NCBI GenBank assembly: GCA_036274515.1
Contig: DASUFQ010000078.1
Coordinates: 2,450 to 66,449 of the forward strand
Length of the DNA stretch: 64,000 bases
Origin: Gemmatimonadales bacterium
GTDB taxonomy: Bacteria > Gemmatimonadota > Gemmatimonadetes > Gemmatimonadales > GWC2-71-9
Reading direction: 5' to 3'
Positions 8,419-16,573 of the stretch are shown here, one piece after another (the first letter of the stretch is position 1; each line of letters opens with the position of its first letter). The translations under genes and the position numbers were made by a program. Below the pieces are notes generated by a model. It was not told the origin of the DNA and did not search any database. It worked only from the letters and a program-made list of their open reading frames with translations.

Positions 8419-9687
8419 ATGCCCACACTCCTGGACACCCTGGCCGCCCGCGGGTTGCTGCACGACGCCACCCCGGGGCTCGCCGCGCGGCTCGGGGGCG
8501 GTCCCGTCACCGCCTACGTGGGGTTCGACCCGACCGCCGACTCGCTGCACGTGGGGAGCCTGCTCCCGGTCATCGGGCTCGCCTGGCTGCAGCGCTTCGG
8601 CGGGCGGCCGATTGCCCTGGTCGGTGCCGGCACCGGGATGGTGGGCGATCCGAGCGGCAAGCGTGACGAGCGGCCGGTGCTCGCCGTGGAGGTGATCGAC
8701 CGGAACGCGGCGGCGCTCAAGGCGCAGCTGTCACGCTTCCTCGACTTCGAGGGGCCGGCCGCCGCCCGGATCATGAACAACGCCGACTGGCTCCGCGGCC
8801 TCGGGCTGATGGAGTTCCTGCGCGACACCGGCAAGCATTTCACCGTCAACTACATGCTGCAGAAGGACTCGGTGCAGAGCCGGATGGAAACCGGCATCAG
8901 CTTCACCGAGTTCAGCTACATGCTGGTGCAGGCCTACGATTTCTGGCACCTCTTCCGCACGGCGGGCTGCGAGCTGCAGATGGGCGGCAGCGACCAGTGG
9001 GGGAACATCACCGCCGGCATCGAGCTGATCGGGCGCCGGGAGCAGGGGAGCGCGCACGGCCTCGTCCTCCCGCTCCTCACCACCGCCACCGGCGCCAAGT
9101 TCGGCAAGAGCGAGGACGGCAACGTCTGGCTCGACCCCGCCCGCACCAGCCCCTACAAGTTCTTCCAGTTCTGGCTCAACACCGACGATCGCGACGTCGG
9201 TCGCCTGCTCAACTTCTTCACCTTCCTCCCCGACCGGGACATCGCCGAGGTGCTCGCCGAGCAGGCCACGGACCCGAGCCGCCGTGCGGCGCAGCGCCGG
9301 CTGGCCGAGGACATCACCACGCGGGTGCACGGGGCGGAGACGACCGCGCGCGTCGTGCGCGCCAGCGCCATCCTCTTCGGCGGCACCGACCTGCGCGGCG
9401 CGGACGCCGGGGTTTTCGAGGTCCTGGCCGGGGAAATGCCGACCAGCGCCCTCCCCGCCGGCCTCCTCGACACCGGCCTCTCCCTCGTGGACGCGCTGGT
9501 GACGGCCGGGCTCGCAGCGTCGAAGAGCGACGCGCGCCGGGGCATCCAGGGCAAGGGCTTTGCCGTCAACGGAGAAAAGACCGATGACGTGGAGCGCGCC
9601 CTCGGCCCCGGGGACCTGCTGGCGGGCGGGTACGTGATGCTGCAGAAAGGGCGGAAGAACTACGCGTTACTGAGGACTGAGGACTGA
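8419..9687 (+). CDS. tyrS: tyrosine--tRNA ligase
   Basis: Class-I signature HVGSL, KFGKS (KMSKS variant), C-terminal S4-like domain. The last codons LRTED* are encoded by a heptamer array. Confidence 0.95.
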   Translation: MPTLLDTLAARGLLHDATPGLAARLGGGPVTAYVGFDPTADSLHVGSLLPVIGLAWLQRFGGRPIALVGAGTGMVGDPSGKRDERPVLAVEVIDRNAAALKAQLSRFLDFEGPAAARIMNNADWLRGLGLMEFLRDTGKHFTVNYMLQKDSVQSRMETGISFTEFSYMLVQAYDFWHLFRTAGCELQMGGSDQWGNITAGIELIGRREQGSAHGLVLPLLTTATGAKFGKSEDGNVWLDPARTSPYKFFQFWLNTDDRDVGRLLNFFTFLPDRDIAEVLAEQATDPSRRAAQRRLAEDITTRVHGAETTARVVRASAILFGGTDLRGADAGVFEVLAGEMPTSALPAGLLDTGLSLVDALVTAGLAASKSDARRGIQGKGFAVNGEKTDDVERALGPGDLLAGGYVMLQKGRKNYALLRTED

Positions 9688-10832
9688 GGGCTGAGCTTCT
9701 CCAGCATCCCCACCACCCGCTCCATCTCGTCCATCGTATTGAACAGGTGCGGACTCAGCCGGATCGCCCCCTCCCGCACCCCCGCCACCACCCCCTGCGC
9801 GCGGAGCTGCTTGTAGGCCCTGGCCGGCTCCGGCACCGCCACGCAGACGATCCCCGAGCCCCTGGCACCCACCGGCGAGGAGATCCGCACCCCCCGCCGC
9901 ACCGCCCAGTCGAGGATCGGCGCCTGCAGCCCGGCGATGTGCCGCGCGATCGCGGGGATGCCGATGTCGAGGAGCATGCCGACCGAGGTGTTGAATCCCG
10001 CGAAGTCCTGGTACGGTAGGGTGATCATCTCGAAGCGCCGGGCGTCGCTGCGGAGCCGCGGGTTGTAGTCCGTCAAGCGACCGAAGTCGTCGGTCCCCTC
10101 GAACGCCATCCACCCGGTCACGGCAGGGTCGACGACGGTCATTAATTCCTTCCGGACGTAGACGAACCCGCTCCCCCACGGCGAGAGCAGCCACTTCTGC
10201 CCCCCGCAGGCCAGGAGGTCCACCGGCGTGGCGGCGAGGTCCACCGGCACCGCCCCCAGCCCCTGGATCGCGTCCACCACGAGGTAGGTGTCGGTGGCGC
10301 GCGCCCGCTTCGACAGCCGGTCGAGGTCCACCCGGTAGCCGTTGCTGAACTGGACCAGGGACACGGCGACCACCCGCACCCGCGGATCGGCCATCCGTTC
10401 GAGGAGCGCCGCCTCGTCCGGCCACCCCTCCGCCGTGACCGGCGCCAGCTCGAGCGCGATGCCCCGTTCCGCCAGGCGCATCCAGGGGTAGACATTGGCC
10501 GGGAATTCCCGGTCGCTCGCGACGACCACGTCGCCCCGGTCGAGCGGCAGGCCCTGGGCCGCGAGATTGAGCCCGTAGCTGGTGTTGACCGTGAGCGCGA
10601 TCTCCTCGGGCGTGGCGTTCAGCAGCCGCGCCGCGAGGGCGCGCGCCTGGGTGAACTCGGCGAAGAGCTCGGGGTCACTCGTCCTGAAGGGCGCGGCGCG
10701 CAGGGTGCCGAAGTGATCGATGCGGCGGCGAGTGCGCTCCGGCAGCGGCCCGATCGAGGCGCTGTTGAGGTAGATCGCCTCGTCCAGCGCGGGAAACTCC
10801 TCGCGTCGAAGGGCGGCGAAGTCCGTGCTCAT
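9660..10832 (-). CDS. class-V aminotransferase / cysteine-desulfurase-like PLP enzyme
   Basis: Fold-type I class V pattern with the PLP lysine in ACGGQKWL. 390 aa. Confidence 0.9.
   Translation of the reverse strand: MSTDFAALRREEFPALDEAIYLNSASIGPLPERTRRRIDHFGTLRAAPFRTSDPELFAEFTQARALAARLLNATPEEIALTVNTSYGLNLAAQGLPLDRGDVVVASDREFPANVYPWMRLAERGIALELAPVTAEGWPDEAALLERMADPRVRVVAVSLVQFSNGYRVDLDRLSKRARATDTYLVVDAIQGLGAVPVDLAATPVDLLACGGQKWLLSPWGSGFVYVRKELMTVVDPAVTGWMAFEGTDDFGRLTDYNPRLRSDARRFEMITLPYQDFAGFNTSVGMLLDIGIPAIARHIAGLQAPILDWAVRRGVRISSPVGARGSGIVCVAVPEPARAYKQLRAQGVVAGVREGAIRLSPHLFNTMDEMERVVGMLEKLSPQSSVLSNA
9666..9699 (+). repeat. tandem heptamer array (GTTACT) GAGGACT GAGGACT GAGGGCT GAGCTTC
   Basis: Read directly. 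It lies in the 28-nt overlap of convergent tyrS and the aminotransferase gene. Confidence 0.9.
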
Positions 10833-10842
10833 CGGGGGCGCC

Positions 10843-11676
10843 TCACCGGTCGGTCCGCAGCTTGGGGTCGTAGGCCTCGCGCAGCGTGTCGCCCACGAGG
10901 TTGAAGCCGAGGACCGCCAGCCCGATCGCGATGCCCGGCGCGAACGACACCCACGGGGCCACGCGGAGCAGGTCCCGCCCGTCGGCCACCATCGAGCCCC
11001 AGCTCGGTGTCGGCGGCTGGGCCCCGAGGCCCACGAACGACAGCGCCGCCTCGGCCATGATGGCGCCCGCCATGCCGAGGGTCGCGGCCACGATCACCTG
11101 GCCCCGGACGTTGGGGAGGAGGTGCCGGAAGAGGATCCGCCGGTCGGGGGCGCCCAGCGCCTGGGCGGCCGTCACGTACTCGGCGCTCTTGAGCACCAGC
11201 ACCTGGCCGCGCACCAGCCGCGCCATCGCCGCCCAGCCCACCACCCCGATCACGACGAAGACGACCGGAAGCGACGGGTTGACCGCCGCGGCCACCGCGA
11301 TAAGGAGGAGGAGGGTCGGAAAGGCGAGGGTCACGTCGGCCAGGCGCATGATGAGGGCGTCCACCCGCCGGCCGTAGTAGCCCGACACCAGCCCGAGGGT
11401 GACGCCGAGTGCGCTGGCCACCAGCTGGCTGATGATGCCGACGGCGAGGGATATCCGCGCGCCGTAGATGACGCGGGTGAGCACGTCCCTGCCCTGCGTG
11501 TCGGTGCCGAGCCAGTGGGACAGGCTTGGTGGGAGGAGGTAGGACTCCGCCGGATCGCCGACGTAGGGGCCGCCCGGGGCGACCACCGACGCCAGCGCCG
11601 CCGCGCCGACCACCAGCGCCACGAGCAGCAGGCCCAGCTGGAAGAAGCGGTCGGTGCGGAGCCGGGAGAGGAGCAT
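10843..11676 (-). CDS. peptide/nickel ABC transporter permease (DppC/OppC type)
   Basis: BPD_transp_1 pattern, N-terminal ...SHWLGTDTQGRDVLTRVIYGARISL typical of DppC/OppC. No cognate partner genes are adjacent. Confidence 0.9.
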   Translation of the reverse strand: MLLSRLRTDRFFQLGLLLVALVVGAAALASVVAPGGPYVGDPAESYLLPPSLSHWLGTDTQGRDVLTRVIYGARISLAVGIISQLVASALGVTLGLVSGYYGRRVDALIMRLADVTLAFPTLLLLIAVAAAVNPSLPVVFVVIGVVGWAAMARLVRGQVLVLKSAEYVTAAQALGAPDRRILFRHLLPNVRGQVIVAATLGMAGAIMAEAALSFVGLGAQPPTPSWGSMVADGRDLLRVAPWVSFAPGIAIGLAVLGFNLVGDTLREAYDPKLRTDR

Positions 11677-11687
11677 ATTGGAAGATA

Positions 11688-11717
11688 GCTCAGTCCTCAG
11701 TCCCCAGTCCTCGTTAC
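11688..11717 (-). repeat. tandem heptamer array (minus strand reads CGAGGACT GGGGACT GAGGACT GAGC)
   Basis: Read directly. It sits in the 50-bp gap between the divergent permease and patatin genes. Confidence 0.9.
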
Positions 11718-11726
11718 CTTTATTTC

Positions 11727-12866
11727 ATGACTTCCCCCCTGAACTTCAGCCTGGTCCTGGGCGGCGGCGGGCTGAAGGGACTGGCCCACATCGGCGCGCT
11801 GCAGGCGCTGGAGGAGGCCGGCCTCCGGCCGAGCGGCGTCGTCGGGTCCAGCATCGGGTCGCTGATCGCCGCGGCGTGGGCCGCCGGCCGGTCGGTGGAC
11901 TTCATGCGGGAGCGGGCGCTCCGGCTCAAGCGGCGGGACGTCTTCCAGGTGGCCCACACCGACATGGCGTTCAAGCGGATGCAGTCGCCGGCCATCTACC
12001 GGACCGAGCCGCTGGACTCGCTGATCTACGAGCTCGTCGGGGACAAGACGTTCGACGAGCTGCAGTACCCCCTCATCGTCAACACCGTCGACATCAATTC
12101 CGGGATGCAGGTGCTCTGGGGGCTGCCGGGGCTCCGGTTCGTGCCCGTGGCCGACGCCGTCTTCGCCTCCTGCGCCCTTCCCGGGATCCTCCCCCCGCGC
12201 GAAATCGCCGGCCGGTGGTACGTCGACGGCGCGGTGGCCGACAACCTGCCGGTCAAGGCCGCCACCGTCTGCGGCCCCGGGCCGATCGTCGCGATCGACG
12301 TGAGCGCCTCGATGGCGGTGCGGACCGACGTCGAGAAGACCGGCTTCGCCACGACCTACGCCCGCGGGCTCGAGATCGTGATGCAGACGATGCTCGAGCG
12401 GACGCTCCGCCTCTGGCAGCGGCCGCCCCTCCTGCTGGTGCATCCGCGCGTCGAGGACTACCCGATGTTCGTCTTCGACCGGACGCAGGAGCTGATGGCG
12501 GAAGGGTACCGCGCCATGCGCCAGCTGATCCCGGAGCTCCTCCGCCTGGTGGCCGAGCCGGAGGACGGCATCTACCCGCGCACCCCGGTCCGGATCCACG
12601 TGGACCGGTCGCGCTGCATCGGCTGCGGCGCCTGCGCGCTGCGCGCGCCGGGGATCTTCGCGATGGATGACCTGGGAAAGGCGGAGGTGATCGCGGCGCG
12701 CCAGGCGTGGTCGCCGCTGGACGGGATCTACGTGCGAAACTGCCCCACCGCGGCCATCAGCGCCCGGCCGGTTACCGGCGAGTGGGGGGGCGACAAGCCG
12801 CTCCCGATCGCCGCCGAGGCCCCCGGCCCCCGGCCCGCCGACCCGCCCCCTCAGACGATGCGGTAG
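11727..12866 (+). CDS. patatin-like phospholipase fused to a C-terminal single-cluster ferredoxin domain
   Basis: Patatin motifs GGGGLKG, GSSIGS (GxSxG) and DGA(V). The C-terminus has CIGCGAC...NCP (CxxCxxC...CP). Start at the internal ATG (MTSPLNFSLVLGGGG). Confidence 0.85.
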   Translation: MTSPLNFSLVLGGGGLKGLAHIGALQALEEAGLRPSGVVGSSIGSLIAAAWAAGRSVDFMRERALRLKRRDVFQVAHTDMAFKRMQSPAIYRTEPLDSLIYELVGDKTFDELQYPLIVNTVDINSGMQVLWGLPGLRFVPVADAVFASCALPGILPPREIAGRWYVDGAVADNLPVKAATVCGPGPIVAIDVSASMAVRTDVEKTGFATTYARGLEIVMQTMLERTLRLWQRPPLLLVHPRVEDYPMFVFDRTQELMAEGYRAMRQLIPELLRLVAEPEDGIYPRTPVRIHVDRSRCIGCGACALRAPGIFAMDDLGKAEVIAARQAWSPLDGIYVRNCPTAAISARPVTGEWGGDKPLPIAAEAPGPRPADPPPQTMR

Positions 12867-13714
12867 TTCCGGAACTCGAAGAGCCGGACCCCCGTCGCCC
12901 GCTCGAGCAGGTCGGACAGGAAATACCTCACAAAAGCCGGCTTGAACCGCCACGGGCCGATCCGCCCGGCGGCGGCCGCCCGGCGCTCGGCAATCCACTC
13001 CCGCGCCGTCTCCGGGTGTTCGCCGGTGAAGGGGCGGAGTCCGGGAATCCATGGGATCAGCGGGCGGTTGGGGTCGGCGTCGCGCCAGGGATACATCGTC
13101 TTCCCCAGCTCCCGCTTGGCGTCGAGCGCCTCGGAGGGGCGGGCCCATCCGTAGTGGAACATCGTGGCCGTCGTGCGCCGGGCGCGGATCCGCCGGTTGG
13201 CCTCCCCGACCCGGAAGCCCTGCGCCCCCTGGTAGGGGTGGATGCCGAGCGCCGGATCGAGGCGCACCGCGCGCACCTCCCGCCGGTACCAGCGCCGGTT
13301 GCTCGCCACGGTGTCAAAGCCGCCGTAGAAGTGCAGGTAGTTGACCAGCAACCCCTCCACCTGGGGATTACCGTCGCTGGCCTGGATCGCCTCCGCCAGC
13401 GCGTTGGCGCTCTTCCCGTCGAGGACTTCGTCGCCCTGGATGTCGATGCCCCACGGGTGCCGGCAGGCGCGCATCGCGCGCAGGGTCTCGTCGCCCAGCA
13501 CGTAGTTGCGGCGGGAGGTGTCCCACACCGTCTCGAGGATCCGGATCTTCGGGTCCTTGATCGAGCGGATCAGCTCCATGGTGTCGTCATCCGACTTGCC
13601 GACATTGACGATGACTTCCTCGCACACCGGCAGGATCGACCGGATGCTCTCGACGACGGGGAAGTCGTACTTGAAGGCGTTGCGGATGATGGTAAAGCCG
13701 GAAATCGGTATCAC
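12851..13714 (-). CDS. glycosyltransferase family 2-like protein
   Basis: N-terminal IPISGFTIIRNAFKYDFPV...VIVNVGKSDDDT resembles GT2 (GT-A) folds. GTG start inferred at 13714. The track ORF extension upstream is GC-shadow. Confidence 0.7.
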   Translation of the reverse strand: MIPISGFTIIRNAFKYDFPVVESIRSILPVCEEVIVNVGKSDDDTMELIRSIKDPKIRILETVWDTSRRNYVLGDETLRAMRACRHPWGIDIQGDEVLDGKSANALAEAIQASDGNPQVEGLLVNYLHFYGGFDTVASNRRWYRREVRAVRLDPALGIHPYQGAQGFRVGEANRRIRARRTTATMFHYGWARPSEALDAKRELGKTMYPWRDADPNRPLIPWIPGLRPFTGEHPETAREWIAERRAAAAGRIGPWRFKPAFVRYFLSDLLERATGVRLFEFRNYRIV

Positions 13715-13782
13715 GGGCTGACCTGTCGGTTGCGATGGGTCGGAGGCGGCTTCGGGGATTCTGGGGCGGCGGCGCGCCGGCG

Positions 13783-14754
13783 TCAATGCGACCGGCGCAC
13801 CACCTCGAGCAGCGCGTGCATCCGGTGCATGTAGGTGTGCTCCCGCAGCACCCGGGCCCGGCCGGCGCTCGCCACCGCCTCGGCGGCGGACGGGTCCTGC
13901 AGCGCCGCCTCCACCAGGGCGCGCATCTCGTCCACCGAGCGGTACACCAGCAGTTCCTTCCGGTCCTCGAAGTGCTGTTCGAGGTCGGCGCGATAGTCCA
14001 CCACCTGCGGCACCCCGATCGCGGCCACCTCGAAGGTCCGCTGGTTGACGCCCCGCTCCACGACGGCGGGCTCGGCGTCCGCCGAGCGGTGGATGTTGAC
14101 CGCCACCGACGCGCCGGCGTAGGCGCGGACGAAGTTCTCGGTGTCGAGCTGTTCCCCCCGGCAGTAGTCCCGCAGCGATGTGCGTCTCCACCCCGGCCCC
14201 CACACCGCCAGCCCGAACTCCACCAGCTCGGCCAGCAGGCGCTCCCGGCGCGGCGTGGCCGTGCCGGCAAAGACGACGTTGGCCCGGTACTGGTCCCGCG
14301 ACCGCATCGGCTTGTAGACCGACGGGTCGGCCGCCAGCGGGAGGTAGTGCACCGGCTTCTCCAGCTGGCCGGCAAGCGCCTCCTGCACGTCGGTGCCCGA
14401 CGCGAACACCAGGTCGTAGGCGGGGAGGGCGTGCTGCACGATGGCGAGCCCGTGCAAATCGTCGGGGATCCAGTTGACCCAGGTGCCGGGGTGGGCGCGC
14501 CGCAGCGTGGTGACCGCCTGCGCGGAGAGCGCCTCCCCGCGGACCACCAGCACGACGTCGGGGGCGCCGACCTCGAGTTCGCGGTCGAGGCGACTCACCA
14601 GGTCCCCCCCGCGGAGCCGGCTCAGGAGGCCGGGCCGGGCGGACACGTCGAACCGGGTGACGGTCTGCCCGTGCCGCTCGAGGGCGCGCTCGCGCTGCGC
14701 GGAGTGGGCGTTCAGGGCGTCGTCGTACGCGGCGACCACCAGCACCCGCGTCAC
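13783..14754 (-). CDS. CgeB-family glycosyltransferase-like protein
   Basis: 323 aa. The C-terminal half (NIHR...GVNQRTFEVAAIGVPQVVD...LVYRSVDEMRALVEAAL) resembles the CgeB/Glyco_trans_1_2 family. Confidence 0.7.
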   Translation of the reverse strand: MTRVLVVAAYDDALNAHSAQRERALERHGQTVTRFDVSARPGLLSRLRGGDLVSRLDRELEVGAPDVVLVVRGEALSAQAVTTLRRAHPGTWVNWIPDDLHGLAIVQHALPAYDLVFASGTDVQEALAGQLEKPVHYLPLAADPSVYKPMRSRDQYRANVVFAGTATPRRERLLAELVEFGLAVWGPGWRRTSLRDYCRGEQLDTENFVRAYAGASVAVNIHRSADAEPAVVERGVNQRTFEVAAIGVPQVVDYRADLEQHFEDRKELLVYRSVDEMRALVEAALQDPSAAEAVASAGRARVLREHTYMHRMHALLEVVRRSH

Positions 14755-16571
14755 GCGGCCGGCACCGGGTCGCGGAACTGGAGGTCGTGGAGCCGGCGGT
14801 AGAGCCCGCCCCGCTCGATCAGCTCGGCGTGCCGGCCCCGCTCCACCACGCGCCCCGCCTCCAGCACCAGGATCTGGTCGGCGTGGCGCACGGTGGCCAG
14901 GCGGTGCGCGATGACCAGCACCGTCCGGTCCTTCATCAGCCGTTCGATCGCTTCCTGCACCAGTCGCTCCGATTCGGTGTCGAGCGCGCTCGTCGCCTCG
15001 TCGAGGATGAGGATCGGCGGGTCGCGCAGGAGCGCCCGCGCGATGCTGATCCGCTGGCGCTGCCCGCCGGAGAGCCGCGTGCCCCGCTCGCCGAGGACGG
15101 TATCATACCCGTCCGGCAGCCCGGCGACGAACTCCGCCGCGTTGGCCGCGGCGGCGGCCGCCTCCACCTGGGCACGGGTGGCGCCAGGGGACCCGAAGGC
15201 GATATTCGCCTCGACGGTGTCGTTGAGGAGGACGGTGTCCTGGCTCACCACGCCGAGGATGCCGCGGAGCGACCGGCGCTGGATGGTGCCGAGCGGCACG
15301 CCGTCGAGGAGGATGCGGCCGCCCACCGGCTCGTTGAACCGGGGGAGCAGGTCCACCAGCGTCGTCTTGCCGGCCCCCGACGGCCCGACGATGGCGAGCA
15401 CCTTCCCCTTCTCCAGGCGGAACGAGATGTCGGAGAGGACCGGGGTCTCCGTGCCGTACCGGAAGGAGACGTGGTCGAAGACGATGTCCCGCTCGAAGCG
15501 GGCCGGCACGTCGCCCGGCGCGTCGACGTCGGAGACCGGCTCGTCCAGGAGCGCGTACACCCGCTCGGCGCTGGCCATCGCCACCGCCATGCTCGCGGGG
15601 TACTGGGAGATCGACTTGATGGGGGAGAGGAGCTGCAGCGACGCCACGAGGAAGGCGATGGCCGCCTCGGGGGTGAGCGGGACCCCGCCCACCAGCGCCG
15701 GCTGCGTGGCGGCGGCGATGATCAGGACGATGAGGAGCCCGCCGAAGATCTCGCTCATCGGGCCGGTGAGCGAGGAGTAGCGCTGGGTCCGCCGCACCTT
15801 GTCCCGGTAGTTGCTGAGCTGGCCCACCAGCTTCTGGAGCTGGCGCTCCTCCTCGCCGTAGGCCCGGATCAGCTTCACCGCGCCGACCTGCTCCGTCAGC
15901 GTGGAGGTGATGGCGGCGCGGTCGTGGGTGCGGGCCCGCGAGTGGCGCCGGAGCCGGACCAGCACGAACCGGAGCCCGAAGACGAGGAGCGGCGCCGCGG
16001 TCAGGGTCAGGAGCATCAGCCGGCCGCTGATCTGGCTCATCAACACCAGCACCACGGCGATCTTCACGACGCTCTGGAAGAGCTTCATCAGCGCGGCCGT
16101 CACCACTTCCTTCACCTGGTCGACCTCGGTCGTGATCGAGGCGAGGAGCTGGCCCTGCCGGGTGCGCTGGAAGAAGCCGAGGTCGAGCTTGAGGAGGTGC
16201 TCGAAAATCTGGGCGCGGAGGTCGCGCACCAGCCCCTCCTGCACCGCGACCTGCAGTTGCGCCGTGCTGTACGCCATCAGGTTGCGCAGCACCAGGCCCA
16301 GCACCAGCACGCCGAGGAGCCGGGCCACCGCCACGCTCGTCGGCACGCCGAGGATCAGCGGGTTGAGCAGCCACTCGGTGAAGCGGGTCAGCGCCGCCGA
16401 CCCGGAGGCGCCCAGCTGCCCGCTGGTGCCGAAGAGGAGCCGGAGGAGCGGGATGAGCACCACGACGGTGGTGCCGTCGAGCACGGACGCGAGGAACGAC
16501 GTCACCATGCCCAGGATGAACTGGGGGCGGTAGGGGCGCACCTGGCGAAGGAGGCGGAGCTCCGTCTGCAC
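14751..16571 (-). CDS. ABC exporter, fused permease/ATPase (MsbA-like lipid/glycan flippase)
   Basis: Six-TM N-terminal half, Walker A GPSGAGKTT, signature LSGGQRQRISIARALL, Walker B ILILDEATSALD. Confidence 0.9.
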   Translation of the reverse strand: MQTELRLLRQVRPYRPQFILGMVTSFLASVLDGTTVVVLIPLLRLLFGTSGQLGASGSAALTRFTEWLLNPLILGVPTSVAVARLLGVLVLGLVLRNLMAYSTAQLQVAVQEGLVRDLRAQIFEHLLKLDLGFFQRTRQGQLLASITTEVDQVKEVVTAALMKLFQSVVKIAVVLVLMSQISGRLMLLTLTAAPLLVFGLRFVLVRLRRHSRARTHDRAAITSTLTEQVGAVKLIRAYGEEERQLQKLVGQLSNYRDKVRRTQRYSSLTGPMSEIFGGLLIVLIIAAATQPALVGGVPLTPEAAIAFLVASLQLLSPIKSISQYPASMAVAMASAERVYALLDEPVSDVDAPGDVPARFERDIVFDHVSFRYGTETPVLSDISFRLEKGKVLAIVGPSGAGKTTLVDLLPRFNEPVGGRILLDGVPLGTIQRRSLRGILGVVSQDTVLLNDTVEANIAFGSPGATRAQVEAAAAAANAAEFVAGLPDGYDTVLGERGTRLSGGQRQRISIARALLRDPPILILDEATSALDTESERLVQEAIERLMKDRTVLVIAHRLATVRHADQILVLEAGRVVERGRHAELIERGGLYRRLHDLQFRDPVPAA

Positions 16572-16573
16572 CG

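Noticed and set aside
12851-12866. The 16-nt tail-to-tail overlap of the patatin-ferredoxin gene and the GT2-like gene as a special regulatory feature.
   Set aside because: Short convergent overlaps are common in compact GC-rich genomes, and there is no repeat or structure here, unlike the tyrS/aminotransferase overlap.
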